This document shows positions 29,362-38,989 of a stretch of DNA of 64,000 nt, one piece after another (the first letter of the stretch is position 1; each line of letters opens with the position of its first letter). The notes beneath the pieces were generated by a model that saw nothing but the letters and a program-made list of their open reading frames with translations, was not told where the DNA came from and made no database searches. Position numbers and translations under genes: made by a program. The stretch is taken from NCBI GenBank assembly GCA_016716705.1, contig JADJVF010000017.1, positions 53,808 to 117,807 of the forward strand, in the 5' to 3' direction. The stretch is from Holophagales bacterium. Lineage in GTDB: Bacteria > Acidobacteriota > Thermoanaerobaculia > UBA5066.

Positions 29362-30278
29362 ACACCGCTTCGCTCCGCGCCCTCCTCTCGGAGCGGCCGT
29401 TCCTTCTCGACGCCGCGCTCGGGACCGAGCTGTCCCGCCGCGGCGCCCCCGCCTCTCCTCCCCTCTGGAGCGCGCGCGCCGTCCTCGAACGGCCGGACCT
29501 CGTTCTCGCCGTCCATCGCGAGAACGCCGCCGCCGGGGCCGACATCCTCACCGCGGACACCTTCCGGACGCAGCCGAAGCTCCTCGGCGGCGCCGCGCGG
29601 GAGGCCACGAGACGCGCCGTCGCCCTCGCGCGGGAAGCGGCCTCCGCCCGCCCCGGCCTCCTCGTGGCCGGCTCCGTCGCTCCGGTCGAAGACTGCTGGC
29701 GCCCCGACCTCGTCCCGGCCGATGCCGAGCTCGCCCTTCTCCACGCGCTCCACGCCGAGGCGCTCGCCGAGGCCGGCGTCGACCTCCTGCTCCTCGAGAC
29801 GTTCGGGACGGCACGCGAGTGGCTCGCGGCGGCCCGCGCGGCCACGGCCACCGGCCTCGCGGTCGTCGCCTGCGCCACGACACGAGAGGACGGCGCGCTC
29901 CTCTCGGGCGAGCCCCTCGGAGACGCCGCCCGGCCTCTCCTGGACCTCCCCTCGCCTCCCGTCGTCCTCGGCGTCAACTGCGTCCCCGCCCGGCGGCTCG
30001 GCGCGAGCCTCGCCCTCCTCGCCTCCGCCGTGCCCGGACTCCCCCTCGCCGCGTACGGGAACACGGGGCTCGCCCTCGACGAGGCCCGCGGCGAATTCAC
30101 CGAGCCGATCGCGCCGCTCGACTACGCCGGGCTCGCTCTCTCCTGGCTCGCGCTCGGCGCCCGCGTCGTGGGCGGCTGCTGCGGGACCCGGGCACAGCAC
30201 GTCGCCGCCCTGGTGGCGAGCCTGGTGCCGCGGAACCTCGCACCCCGGCCGGACGGTCCAGCCCCCTACGGGAAGTAG
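29358..30278 (+). CDS. Homocysteine S-methyltransferase domain protein
   Basis: The pterin/Hcy-binding (S-methyltransferase) domain is present, with the C-terminal zinc-ligand motif GGCCGT. A GTG start overlaps the luxR-family stop. Confidence 0.7.
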   Translation: MNTASLRALLSERPFLLDAALGTELSRRGAPASPPLWSARAVLERPDLVLAVHRENAAAGADILTADTFRTQPKLLGGAAREATRRAVALAREAASARPGLLVAGSVAPVEDCWRPDLVPADAELALLHALHAEALAEAGVDLLLLETFGTAREWLAAARAATATGLAVVACATTREDGALLSGEPLGDAARPLLDLPSPPVVLGVNCVPARRLGASLALLASAVPGLPLAAYGNTGLALDEARGEFTEPIAPLDYAGLALSWLALGARVVGGCCGTRAQHVAALVASLVPRNLAPRPDGPAPYGK

Positions 30279-32179
30279 CCGCGGATCGTCTTCGCCTTCA
30301 GGCCCGGCTTCCCGACCCGGACCTCGACGAGCCGGAACTCGTCTTCCTTCTTCTTCGACTCGTTGAGGTAGCTCAGGAAGTACTGGGAGCGGACCTCGGT
30401 CTCGATCTTCCGGTAGATGCCGGGCAGCTCCTTCGCCCCGCCGATGAAGAACGCCTCGCCGCCCGTGTCCTCGGCGAGCTCCTTCAGTCGCGACTTCAGC
30501 CCCATGTCGAACATCCCGAGGTCGAGACCGATGAAGTAGATCGGGACCCCCGCGGTCCGCGCGTAGCGCTTCAGCGTCGGCCAGTCGGTCGAGGAGTGGT
30601 TGTCCTTGCCGTCGGTCAGGACGACGAGCGCCTTCTTTCCCGCGAGCGCGCGGAACTGGTAGAGGCCGAGGACGATGGAGTCGTGGAAGGCCGTCGCGCC
30701 CCCGGCGCGCGTCTCGCCGATCGCCCGGATCAGGTCCGCCCGGCGCGACGTCATCGCGGCGAGGAGCGTCGGCCGCTCGCGGAACTCGATGACGAACCCC
30801 TTGTCCTTCTCGCCGATCAGGTTCGAGACGAACTCCGTCGCCGCCTGCTTCACGAGTGGCATCGACTTGTCCATGGAGCCGGAGCCGTCGATCACGAGGC
30901 CGAGGGCCATCGGGAGCGACTCGGCGAACTCGAAGGCCGAGAGCTCCTGCGGAACGCCGTCTTCCAGGACCGTGAAGTCCCCCTTCGAGAGTCCCTTCGC
31001 AAAACGTCCCGCCTCGTCGAAGACGGAGACGTTCAATTCGACGAGGTTCACGTCCACGCTGGCCACGAGCCGGTTGTCCCCTCGCAGCATCCGGAAGTCG
31101 GAGTACTCCTTCCCGTCGAGGTCGAACGCCGAGGCGCGCATCAGCGTCGCCTTCGCGATCTCGGCCGCCGGCACCGTCGTCCGGTAGGGGGGCGACGTCC
31201 ACTCCGCGACCTTGCGGTCGTCGAGGTAGAGCTCGACCTTCTTCGCCGCCGCCCCGGCGATCGACTGGACCGAGACCTTCACCTCGGCGTCGGTTCTCCC
31301 CTTTGCCTTCGGAAGGTCGAGGACCCGCACGGCGAGCTTCGCTTCCTTCTCGTTCAGCGCCCAGGCGTCGGCGTCGACGAAGTTGCCGAGCTTGTCGAAG
31401 CCGAGGGCGCGGAGCGTCTGCTTCCTCGGGATCGTCCCGAGGTCGATCTCGACGGTGTAGGGCGGACGGTTGCGGGCGAGGATCAGCTTCTCGCCGAGGT
31501 GGAACTCGACCCGCGTGATCGGCGCCTTCGCCTCGCACTCGATCCGGAGGAGCCCCACCGGGACCTCGCGCGTGGGGGGCAGGAAACGCAGGAGATCCGC
31601 GGCTCCGGCGGGGGCCCCTTCGCGATTGGCCTCCTCGAGGAGGATTGCCGAGGCCGTGACCGTCCCGGCGTCCTCCGACCGGAATTCGGAGGTCATCTTC
31701 GGCACCGTCAGCGTCACCGCCCTGAGCGCCACCGCCTTCCCGGTGGCGGCCTCGAGCCGCAGGCTCAGCGCGACCTCGCCGGGAGGGAGCGACCGGAGGA
31801 ACGAGGCGGTCAGCGGCTTTCCGGGGTCCGCGTCGCTGAGATCGACGTCGACCGGCTCGCGGAACGTGTCGACGACCTCGCCCGAGGCGCTCTTCGCCTC
31901 TCCCGCCACGAAGAAGGGATAGACGCGCGGGGCGAGCTTCGCCTTCTCGCGCAGGTCGGACCGGGAGAAGGACAGGGTGAAGCGGACCACCGTCTTCCCG
32001 GCGCTCGCCCCGAGGAACTGCTCGCGCAGCTCGAGCGGGATCGAGACGCCGAGCGCCTCGCCTGAAGTCTGCTGAACGGACTGGCCGCTGGCCGAAACCG
32101 CCAGGACGGCGGCGAGGACGACGAAGAGCGAGGAGACGACACGTCGCACGGAGAAGACCTCCCGTTGAGTGTTACGCAA
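30266..32179 (-). CDS. Secreted von Willebrand factor type A (VWA) domain protein
   Basis: A signal peptide is followed by a C-terminal VWA domain with the MIDAS motif (DGSGSM…T…D). Confidence 0.7.
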   Translation of the reverse strand: MRNTQREVFSVRRVVSSLFVVLAAVLAVSASGQSVQQTSGEALGVSIPLELREQFLGASAGKTVVRFTLSFSRSDLREKAKLAPRVYPFFVAGEAKSASGEVVDTFREPVDVDLSDADPGKPLTASFLRSLPPGEVALSLRLEAATGKAVALRAVTLTVPKMTSEFRSEDAGTVTASAILLEEANREGAPAGAADLLRFLPPTREVPVGLLRIECEAKAPITRVEFHLGEKLILARNRPPYTVEIDLGTIPRKQTLRALGFDKLGNFVDADAWALNEKEAKLAVRVLDLPKAKGRTDAEVKVSVQSIAGAAAKKVELYLDDRKVAEWTSPPYRTTVPAAEIAKATLMRASAFDLDGKEYSDFRMLRGDNRLVASVDVNLVELNVSVFDEAGRFAKGLSKGDFTVLEDGVPQELSAFEFAESLPMALGLVIDGSGSMDKSMPLVKQAATEFVSNLIGEKDKGFVIEFRERPTLLAAMTSRRADLIRAIGETRAGGATAFHDSIVLGLYQFRALAGKKALVVLTDGKDNHSSTDWPTLKRYARTAGVPIYFIGLDLGMFDMGLKSRLKELAEDTGGEAFFIGGAKELPGIYRKIETEVRSQYFLSYLNESKKKEDEFRLVEVRVGKPGLKAKTIRGYFP

Positions 32180-33236
32180 GAACCGGGCACCCGGGTGGGA
32201 CGTCGGGGACCTCCGGAGGGGACACCCGGCCTTCCCGTTCGTCGATCCGGAGCGTAAAGAACGACTCCACGGCCTCCAGGAAGGCCTCGGGGCTCGGGAG
32301 CGACTGGATCCGGCGACGCAGCTCCGTCCCCCTCGGGACGCCGTGCGTGTACCAGCCGGTGAACGTCTTCAGCTTCCCCATCATCCGCTTCGGGATGTCC
32401 TCTTCCGCCTCCCGGATCAGCCGGAAGTGCTGAAGGATGACGTCGCGCCTCTCCTCGAGGGTCGCCACGCGGTACGGCCGCCCGGCGAGGAGGTCGGCCG
32501 CCTGCCGGAAGATCCAGGGGTTCTTCATCGTGGCGCGACCGATCATCACCGCGTCGCATCCCGTCTCCCGGAGCATTCTCGGGACGTCCTCGGGCGTCTC
32601 CACGTCCCCGTTTCCGACGACCGGGATCCTCACCGCCTCCTTCAGCCGGGCGATCCGGCTCCAGTCGGCCCGCCCCGTGTACATCTGCTTCGCCGTCCGC
32701 GGATGGAGGGCGACGGCGGCGACGCCTTCACCCTCGCAGATCCTCCCGAGCTCGACGAAGTTGAGCGTCTCTTCCGTGATCCCGGCCCGGAACTTCACGG
32801 TGAGCGGCGTCGTCGGCAGCGCCTTGCGGCACGCCTCGATGATCCCCTTCGCGCGCCCGAGATCCCGCATCAGCCCCGCGCCGGCGCACCCCTTCAGGAT
32901 CTTGTTCGCCGGGCAGCCCATGTTGATGTCGCAGACGTCGACCCCTTCCTCCTCGACCCTTCGCGCCGCCTCGGCCATTCGCGTGGCGTCGGCGCCGTAG
33001 ATCTGGATCGAAAGGGGACGTTCCTCGGGCTCCCACCGGAGGAGCCGCTCGGTCCGGCGGTTGCCGCGGGTCAATCCCTCGGAGGAGACGAACTCCATCG
33101 TGACGAGGCCGACGCCCCCCATCCGCCGGAGGAGCAGACGGTACGTCCCGTCCGTGATCCCCGCCATCGGCGCGAGGACGAGCGGCGGGTCGACGACGCA
33201 GCTGCGCGTCCCTGGGCTCTCGTAGAGAAGCGGCAT
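32172..33236 (-). CDS. dusB: tRNA-dihydrouridine synthase B
   Basis: It has a TIM-barrel Dus signature (LAPMAGITD, catalytic Cys in NMGCPA, HPR). Confidence 0.85.
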   Translation of the reverse strand: MPLLYESPGTRSCVVDPPLVLAPMAGITDGTYRLLLRRMGGVGLVTMEFVSSEGLTRGNRRTERLLRWEPEERPLSIQIYGADATRMAEAARRVEEEGVDVCDINMGCPANKILKGCAGAGLMRDLGRAKGIIEACRKALPTTPLTVKFRAGITEETLNFVELGRICEGEGVAAVALHPRTAKQMYTGRADWSRIARLKEAVRIPVVGNGDVETPEDVPRMLRETGCDAVMIGRATMKNPWIFRQAADLLAGRPYRVATLEERRDVILQHFRLIREAEEDIPKRMMGKLKTFTGWYTHGVPRGTELRRRIQSLPSPEAFLEAVESFFTLRIDEREGRVSPPEVPDVPPGCPVLA

Positions 33237-33286
33237 CGGAGGACGGGTGCAGGGCGAGGAGCCCCGCACCCGAAACCCAGATTACG

Positions 33287-34132
33287 TCAGCCGGCCGGAG
33301 GAGCCGGGGCCGCCGGCGCCGCGGGAGCGGCGGGAGCGGCGGGAGCGTCCACCTCGAAGTACCCCTGCGCGAGGGCGAAGGGGGCCTCGATCCGCTTCTC
33401 GCCGCGGTAGAGAGCGACGATGTAGCTGTGCTTGCCGACAGGGAGGTTCTCCCAGATGACGGGCGCCCAGACCGTCAAGGTCTGCTGTGGATCCTGGTTC
33501 AGGCGGTAGACGATCTGGCACGCCTCCGGGTCGGTCGCCGGGCCCACCTTGCAGCCCGTGACGTAGACGTCGAAGAGGATCTTCGCCACGTCGGCGCCCT
33601 TGAATTTGCCGCGAGGCGCCCCCACGGTGACGGCCGGCTGGGCGATATCGAAGCCCGGCTTGCCGTTCTTCTCGCCGACGTGGAACGTCACCGCCGCGAA
33701 GGCGCCGGGCTCACGGATCGACTCCTGCCACGGCCGCTGGACGAAGGCGAGGAGCGTGTGAGTTCCCTTCGGCAGGGCCGGGAAGACCCACGGCTTGTCG
33801 GTCTGGAACCAGTCCGGCAAAACCCGACCGTCGAGGACGAGCTGGACGTGCTGGCCCCTCCCGGTCGCCTCGTCCTTGAAGGTCTCGAAGTTCTCGACCG
33901 TGACCTTCACCTCGACGCGCGCCCCCTTCGGCGCGGGCTGGCCTTCGACCGCCGCGGGCAACGGGATGACCTCGTCGGCCGTGGGCGAGACGATCTTCAC
34001 CGTCACGGGCCCCTTCGGTCCCCGCCCGTCCGGGTAGCCGGGAATCGGCGACTTCGGGTCGACCGGGGTCTGGGCCGCGAGCGGCATCGTGGCGAGGAGG
34101 GCGGAGGCGAACAGCGCGGCGAAGGGCTTCAT
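33287..34132 (-). CDS. Secreted hypothetical protein with a C-terminal (PAA)n tail
   Basis: A signal peptide is present (MKPFAALFASALLATMPLAAQ). The C-terminus reads PAAPAAPAAPAAPAPPAG. Confidence 0.5.
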   Translation of the reverse strand: MKPFAALFASALLATMPLAAQTPVDPKSPIPGYPDGRGPKGPVTVKIVSPTADEVIPLPAAVEGQPAPKGARVEVKVTVENFETFKDEATGRGQHVQLVLDGRVLPDWFQTDKPWVFPALPKGTHTLLAFVQRPWQESIREPGAFAAVTFHVGEKNGKPGFDIAQPAVTVGAPRGKFKGADVAKILFDVYVTGCKVGPATDPEACQIVYRLNQDPQQTLTVWAPVIWENLPVGKHSYIVALYRGEKRIEAPFALAQGYFEVDAPAAPAAPAAPAAPAPPAG

Positions 34133-34235
34133 CTGCTGGCTCCTTGGAGGGCGATCCTTCGTTTCGAGTCGACCCGGATGGCCGGGGAATGTAGCAGAGG
34201 AACCGTTCGCGGCGTGAGCCCGAATCCCGCGCGCG

Positions 34236-34889
34236 CTAACGCGCCGGGGTGGCCTCGCGCTGAAACCCTTCCGGCACCCGGAAGTACCCCGGGTCGATTC
34301 CGGCCCGGACGAGCGTCAGCTCCACGTACGTCTTCGCTTCCGTGCCGTCCGCCTTCGGCACGGCGCGCTCCTTGCGGACGACGATGCCGTCGAGGGCCGG
34401 CGTCATCCAGTAGGTGGTCGACGGGGAGTTGAACGCGTCGGGGCGGTCGGGGAAGCGCCAGATGTTGCAGGCGTTCCCGGCGAAGACCGCGTCCGATTCG
34501 CGGTAGTACTCCTTGATCCCCCGCCGGTTCGCCTCGGCGGCGTGGTTGAAGTCGGCCCCGAGCGGGAAGTCGTCGAGATGCGCCAGGAGCGCCTCGGGCG
34601 TTCCGGCGCGATAGCTCTTCGTGGCCGGGTTCACCTCGAAGACCTCCCCCCCCGCCGTCTCGCGGACGAAGTAGGGCGCGTCTTCGGCGTCGGACGTCGA
34701 CCGGCGGACCGCCTCGCCGCGGACCGCGAGCTGGAACCTCGCGAGCTCGGTGTCGCCACCGCGGACGGTGATGATCCCCGCGTACCCGTCCGTCCTCGGC
34801 CGCGGGGGTGGCCCCATCAGCTTTGCGCAGGCGGCCGTCAGGACCGGCGCCGCCACGAGCAGGAGGACGAGCGGGATCCGCGTTCTCAC
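34236..34889 (-). CDS. Hypothetical lipoprotein
   Basis: A lipobox-like signal is present (LLLVAAPVLTAAC). The gene is overlapped by 4 nt by the upstream repeat-protein gene. Confidence 0.5.
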   Translation of the reverse strand: MRTRIPLVLLLVAAPVLTAACAKLMGPPPRPRTDGYAGIITVRGGDTELARFQLAVRGEAVRRSTSDAEDAPYFVRETAGGEVFEVNPATKSYRAGTPEALLAHLDDFPLGADFNHAAEANRRGIKEYYRESDAVFAGNACNIWRFPDRPDAFNSPSTTYWMTPALDGIVVRKERAVPKADGTEAKTYVELTLVRAGIDPGYFRVPEGFQREATPAR

Positions 34890-36728
34890 GGCGCCCCCGT
34901 GATCGTCAGGCTGAGGAAGTGCTGCATGACGCCGAGCGCGCGAAGCGTCACCCAGCGCGACAGGTCCCCTTCTCTCTCGAGAGGGACGGGAAGGGTCACG
35001 CCGACCGGCCGCTCCAGCTTCCAGCGGGCACGGTGGTCGGCGCGGGCCACGAGGCGACCCAGGGCGGCATCGACCTCGGGCGAGCGAAACGCGCCCGCGG
35101 CGGCGAGGGCGCGAAGGAGCTCGAGGAGGTCCGACGTATCGCCGACACCGATCCCGGTCCGGGCCTGATCGTCCGTCATCGCTGAAAGCTCGACGTTCTT
35201 CGCGCGTTCGATGCAGAAAGTAATCGCGTTCTGGACGGCTGCCGACCGCTTCTCTTCCGCGACGGACGTCAGGACGAGGAGGTCCCCCGCCACGCTCTCG
35301 GACACGTGGTCCGAGGTGACGCGGCGGCGCGCGAGGTGGTCCGCCGCGCTGAGGAGCCGCGGGTCGTCGCCGTAACCCAGGAGGAAGAGCGCCCGGCAGG
35401 CGGAGACGAAACCGCTGCCGACGGCAGGGCTTTCACCCCGCTCGATGTCGACGATCACCCGCTCCCACCTCGCGAGGAGAAGGTCGGCGGCGCGCTGGAG
35501 CTCCGTCACGTCGGCATCGCACCCCATCTCGAGGAGGAGGAGGACGAACGACGTTCCGGGGTCGACGGCGGAGGAGGAGACGGACGGTCCGCCCGCCGGA
35601 AGCATTCCGCGCAGCTGCGGGAGGGCGTCCTTCAGGAACGGATCGCGCACCAGCACCTGCCGGGCCTTCCGCCGCTCGATGTCCTTCGCCGGACGATGGA
35701 GGAGATCGCGCAGGGCGACGTAGCGCGCCGCCGGACACTCCCGGGAGAGGAGCCAGTCGAGGGTCGAAAGCGGCACCGGAAACGCACCGGTCGGGAGAGT
35801 CCGCATGGGTCGCGGGGTCAGCTCGCGGCGCACCGTCGCGGGCATCGCGTCGGCGACGACGGCCGTCCGCGGCGAGGCGGGCGGCCCCTCGCGCCGAACG
35901 GTCCTCGCTCCCTCGCGTACGGGCCGCGGCGGCCCCGCCGGGCGAGCGCCAGGCCGGTCGTCCGGACGGTACGGCGGGCGATCCGGGCGCGGCCCCGCAG
36001 GCCTGTCGTCGCGGCGGAACGGCGGACGATCCGGACGCGGCCCCGCAGGCCTGTCGTCCCGACGGAACGGCGGACGATCCGGACGCGGCCCCGCAGGCCT
36101 GTCGTCGCGACGGAACGGCGGACGATCCGGACGCGGCCCGGCAGGCCTGTCGTCGCGGCGGAACGGCGGGCGATCCGGACGCGGCCCGGCAGGCCTGTCG
36201 TCCCGACGGAACGGCGGACGATCCGGACGCGGCCCCGCAGGCCTGTCGTCGCGGCGGAACGGCGGGCGATCCGGACGCGGCCCGGCAGGCCTGTCGTCGC
36301 GGCGGAACGGCGGACGATCCGGACGCGGCCCGGCAGGCCTGTCGTCCCGGCGGAACGGCGGACGATCCGGACGCGGCCCGGCAGGACCGGTCGTCCCGGC
36401 GGAACGGCGGACGATCCGGGCGCGGCCCGGCAGGCCGATCGTCGCGGCGGAACGGCGGGCGATCCGGACGCGGCCCGGCAGGCCGGTCGTCGCGGCGGAA
36501 CGGCGGGCGATCCGGACGCGGCCCCGCAGGCCTGTCGTCGCGGCGGAACGGCGGACGATCCGGGCGCGGCCCGGCAGGCCGGTCGTAGTGGCCACCAGGC
36601 GCGCCGCCCTCGGCGCGCGGTGCAGGACGGTCGTCGGGCCGGAACGGAGGACGGGCGCCGGGCCGTGCCGGCGGGCGTCCGGTGGGCCGCCTGGGCGGCC
36701 CGGAGCGTGAGCCCCCTCGCGGTTTCAT
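34886..36728 (-). CDS. Tandem-repeat protein with about 13 copies of a 16-aa unit (RPAGPRPDRPPFRRDD) and a roughly 300-aa C-terminal domain of unknown function; the reading frame is broken by a 1-nt indel inside the repeat array
   Basis: Two overlapping minus-strand ORFs (36728..35433 and 36595..34886) both read the same 16-aa repeat, but on opposite sides of a 49-nt repeat unit near 36370-36420. Confidence 0.5.
35985..36600. repeat. Direct tandem array of about 13 copies of a 48-bp unit (consensus GCCTGTCGTCGCGGCGGAACGGCGGACGATCCGGACGCGGCCCCGCAG); one unit is 49 nt
   Basis: This is read directly from the sequence. The units are near-identical with a few substitutions. Confidence 0.85.
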
Positions 36729-36754
36729 CGTGCGCGAGGATAATCCCTCGCGGG

Positions 36755-37537
36755 ATGAACGTCTTCCGAAGCGATCCGCCCCTCGTCGTCGCCCGCCGCG
36801 GCTCGACCCGCGACGCCGTGGAGAACACGATCGAAGCCTTCGACCAGGCCGAGGCCGACGGCGCCGACGCGCTCCACCTCGACGTCCGCCTCACCGCCGA
36901 CGGCGAGGTCGTCGTTTCCGCCGAGGCGGAAGTCGTTCTCGGGAACAGGCGCCTTCCCATCTCGTCTCTCTACCTTTCCGATCTCCTCGGCGTCACGGTC
37001 ACGAAGGGCGAGAGGAGCGGCGCGGTGCCGCTGCTGCGCGACGTCCTGACGCGCTACGGCCACGACGGCCGCTTCCTCGTGGAGCTCAAGCCCGGCCCCG
37101 CGCCCCGACCCGGCCTCCTCGAGTTCCGTGTCGCCGCCCTCCTGACGCAGTTCAACGCCCTCGAGAGGAGCGTCGTCGCGAGCTCCGCGCCGGAGCCGCT
37201 GAGGCGGATCCGCGAAGCGCAGCCCGCCCTCGAGACCGCCTTCTGCTACGACGGCACCGTCTACCGCCCCGAGGGACGCCTCTGGCCGAACCTGCCCAGC
37301 GGCTGCCGCGGCATCGCTCCCGCCGTCGCCCTCGCCTCCGAACGCCTCTTCGCCGAGGCGAAGGCCGAGGGGGTCGCCGTCCACGTCTCGACGGTGAACG
37401 ACCCCGCGGAGGCGGTCCGATTCGCCCGCCTCGGCGCCGCCTCCCTCGTCACCGACGACGTCCCGGCCGTGGTGGCCGCGCTGCGCGCGGCCGGCCTCGC
37501 GCGCCCGAACGCGCTCGCACCCGCGTCCGCCGAGTAG
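36755..37537 (+). CDS. Glycerophosphodiester phosphodiesterase (GDPD family)
   Basis: The translation MNVFRSDPPLVVARRGS…ENTIEAF…GADALHLDVRLTADGEVVV matches the GDPD catalytic core. Confidence 0.75.
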   Translation: MNVFRSDPPLVVARRGSTRDAVENTIEAFDQAEADGADALHLDVRLTADGEVVVSAEAEVVLGNRRLPISSLYLSDLLGVTVTKGERSGAVPLLRDVLTRYGHDGRFLVELKPGPAPRPGLLEFRVAALLTQFNALERSVVASSAPEPLRRIREAQPALETAFCYDGTVYRPEGRLWPNLPSGCRGIAPAVALASERLFAEAKAEGVAVHVSTVNDPAEAVRFARLGAASLVTDDVPAVVAALRAAGLARPNALAPASAE

Positions 37538-37612
37538 ACGGGGAACCCCGGCCCTTCGGGCCGGCGGCCAGTCCCCCTCGAACCCTCCGCCCCGGCGGAT
37601 GTCAGTGCCTTT

Positions 37613-38989
37613 TCAGCCCGCGGCGCGCTCCTCGAGGTCGATCTCCCCGTCCACCTCGAGGGCGAAGCGGCCGCGCATCACCGGGACGAGCCGCACGTCG
37701 GGACACTTCAGCTCCAGGCGCTTCCGGAGGAGGATGAGCCGCGTCTCCAGGTTGTCCTTCACCGCCGGCAGCCCCAGCGAGGCGTCGAGCCTCAGCTCGC
37801 GGTTCGTGAACTCCCGCCGCCCCTCGTCCCTGCGGGCCCGGAGGAGCTTCCAGAGGATCTTCCCGGGAACGTTGCGAATCAGGTACTCGCCGTCCACGAA
37901 GACGCAGTCGTCGGACGGGTAGTACAGGAACGTCCGCCGCGGCTTCCTGGCGTGCGAAGCGCCGGGCGCTTTCGACTCCGGCTCCGCCTCATCCTCGGAC
38001 GGCTCGGAAAGCCGGTCGATTCCGATCGCGATCTGGTTCGCCAGGACGAGGAGGAACTCCTCGTGCCACTCCTCGAAGGCGAGCGGGTCGCGGCTTTCGA
38101 GAGCGAGGACCCCGATGAGCCGGTCCTCCACGAGAAGCGGCAGCGCGAGCTGGCTCTCCGCGTCGGGAAGGCCGGGAAGCGGGATCTCGCGGCGAAGCTC
38201 CGCGCCTCCCCCCGCCGCCTCGATCGTCCCGCGCACCGCGCGCGAGTAGCGCAGGAGCGACTCCATTCCCGAAAGGCGAAGCGGCGTTCCCGTCGCCGCC
38301 ACGGTCCCGATGAGCCCCTGCGCGACGGAGACCTCGGCGCCGACGCCGCTCCCGCCGTATCCGTGGCTCGAGATCGTCACGAGCGTCCGGCTCTTCTCGT
38401 CGAGGAGGAGGAGCATCGAGTGGCGAAAGCCGAGGACCTCGTCGAGCGCGCCGAGGACGTCGTAGAGGAGCGACTCGAGGTCGACCGCCCGGTTGATGCG
38501 GCAGGAGACGAGGGAGAGAGCGCGGATCTCGGTCATCGGCCCGTCGACGGCGGCCTTCTCGCAGCAGTCCTCCGGCGCCGCGGGCTCGAGGAACCCCGAG
38601 ACGGGCCGGATCCACTCCACCTCGCAGACGTCGGCCGACAGGAGCCTGAAGATCCCCTTCATCCCCGTGTGCGAGGCGATCGCCTCGATCCGCAGCGCCA
38701 TCTCCACGAAGAGCGGAGTGTCCGTCTCCGACCTCACGTAGCGGAGGCCGAGCTTCCACTCCTCGAACGTGACCGGGTCGACGACCGTCGCCGTCGCCCG
38801 CGGGTTCGCCTCGAGGTTCCGGCTCGTCTTGTTGAAGAACTGCCTCGAGATGGCGACGTGCCGGTCGTCGACCTGGCGGATCTGGCTCAGGTAGGTGACG
38901 TTCGGCGTCCCGTCGAGGGCACACGTGGCGAGCGAGCCGGGGATGATTCCCTGGAAGCAGCGCGACAGGGAGGGGAGCTTTTCGATCAC
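37613..38989 (-). CDS. GAF-domain protein with N-terminal pyridoxamine-5'-phosphate-oxidase-like (split-barrel) domain
   Basis: A central GAF domain is present. A GTG start overlaps the stop of the upstream PPOX-like gene (GTGA). Confidence 0.6.
   Translation of the reverse strand: MIEKLPSLSRCFQGIIPGSLATCALDGTPNVTYLSQIRQVDDRHVAISRQFFNKTSRNLEANPRATATVVDPVTFEEWKLGLRYVRSETDTPLFVEMALRIEAIASHTGMKGIFRLLSADVCEVEWIRPVSGFLEPAAPEDCCEKAAVDGPMTEIRALSLVSCRINRAVDLESLLYDVLGALDEVLGFRHSMLLLLDEKSRTLVTISSHGYGGSGVGAEVSVAQGLIGTVAATGTPLRLSGMESLLRYSRAVRGTIEAAGGGAELRREIPLPGLPDAESQLALPLLVEDRLIGVLALESRDPLAFEEWHEEFLLVLANQIAIGIDRLSEPSEDEAEPESKAPGASHARKPRRTFLYYPSDDCVFVDGEYLIRNVPGKILWKLLRARRDEGRREFTNRELRLDASLGLPAVKDNLETRLILLRKRLELKCPDVRLVPVMRGRFALEVDGEIDLEERAAG

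Noticed and set aside
28898-32065. Plus-strand 1055-aa ORF and minus-strand ORF 29301..31538 (745 aa)
   Set aside because: The first is antisense to the VWA-domain gene and the second is off-frame to it. Both are Arg/Pro/Gly-rich with no motifs.
35985-36600. Possibility that the 48-bp tandem array is a CRISPR array
   Set aside because: The units are contiguous with no spacers, are 48 nt long in frame, and encode a repeated peptide inside an ORF. No cas genes are nearby.
35306-37537. Plus-strand 743-aa ORF and minus-strand ORF 35818..36960 through the 48-bp repeat array
   Set aside because: The plus-strand ORF is antisense to the repeat gene for most of its length. Only its last 260 codons (from ATG 36755) form the real GDPD gene. 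ORF 35818..36960 is antisense to GDPD.
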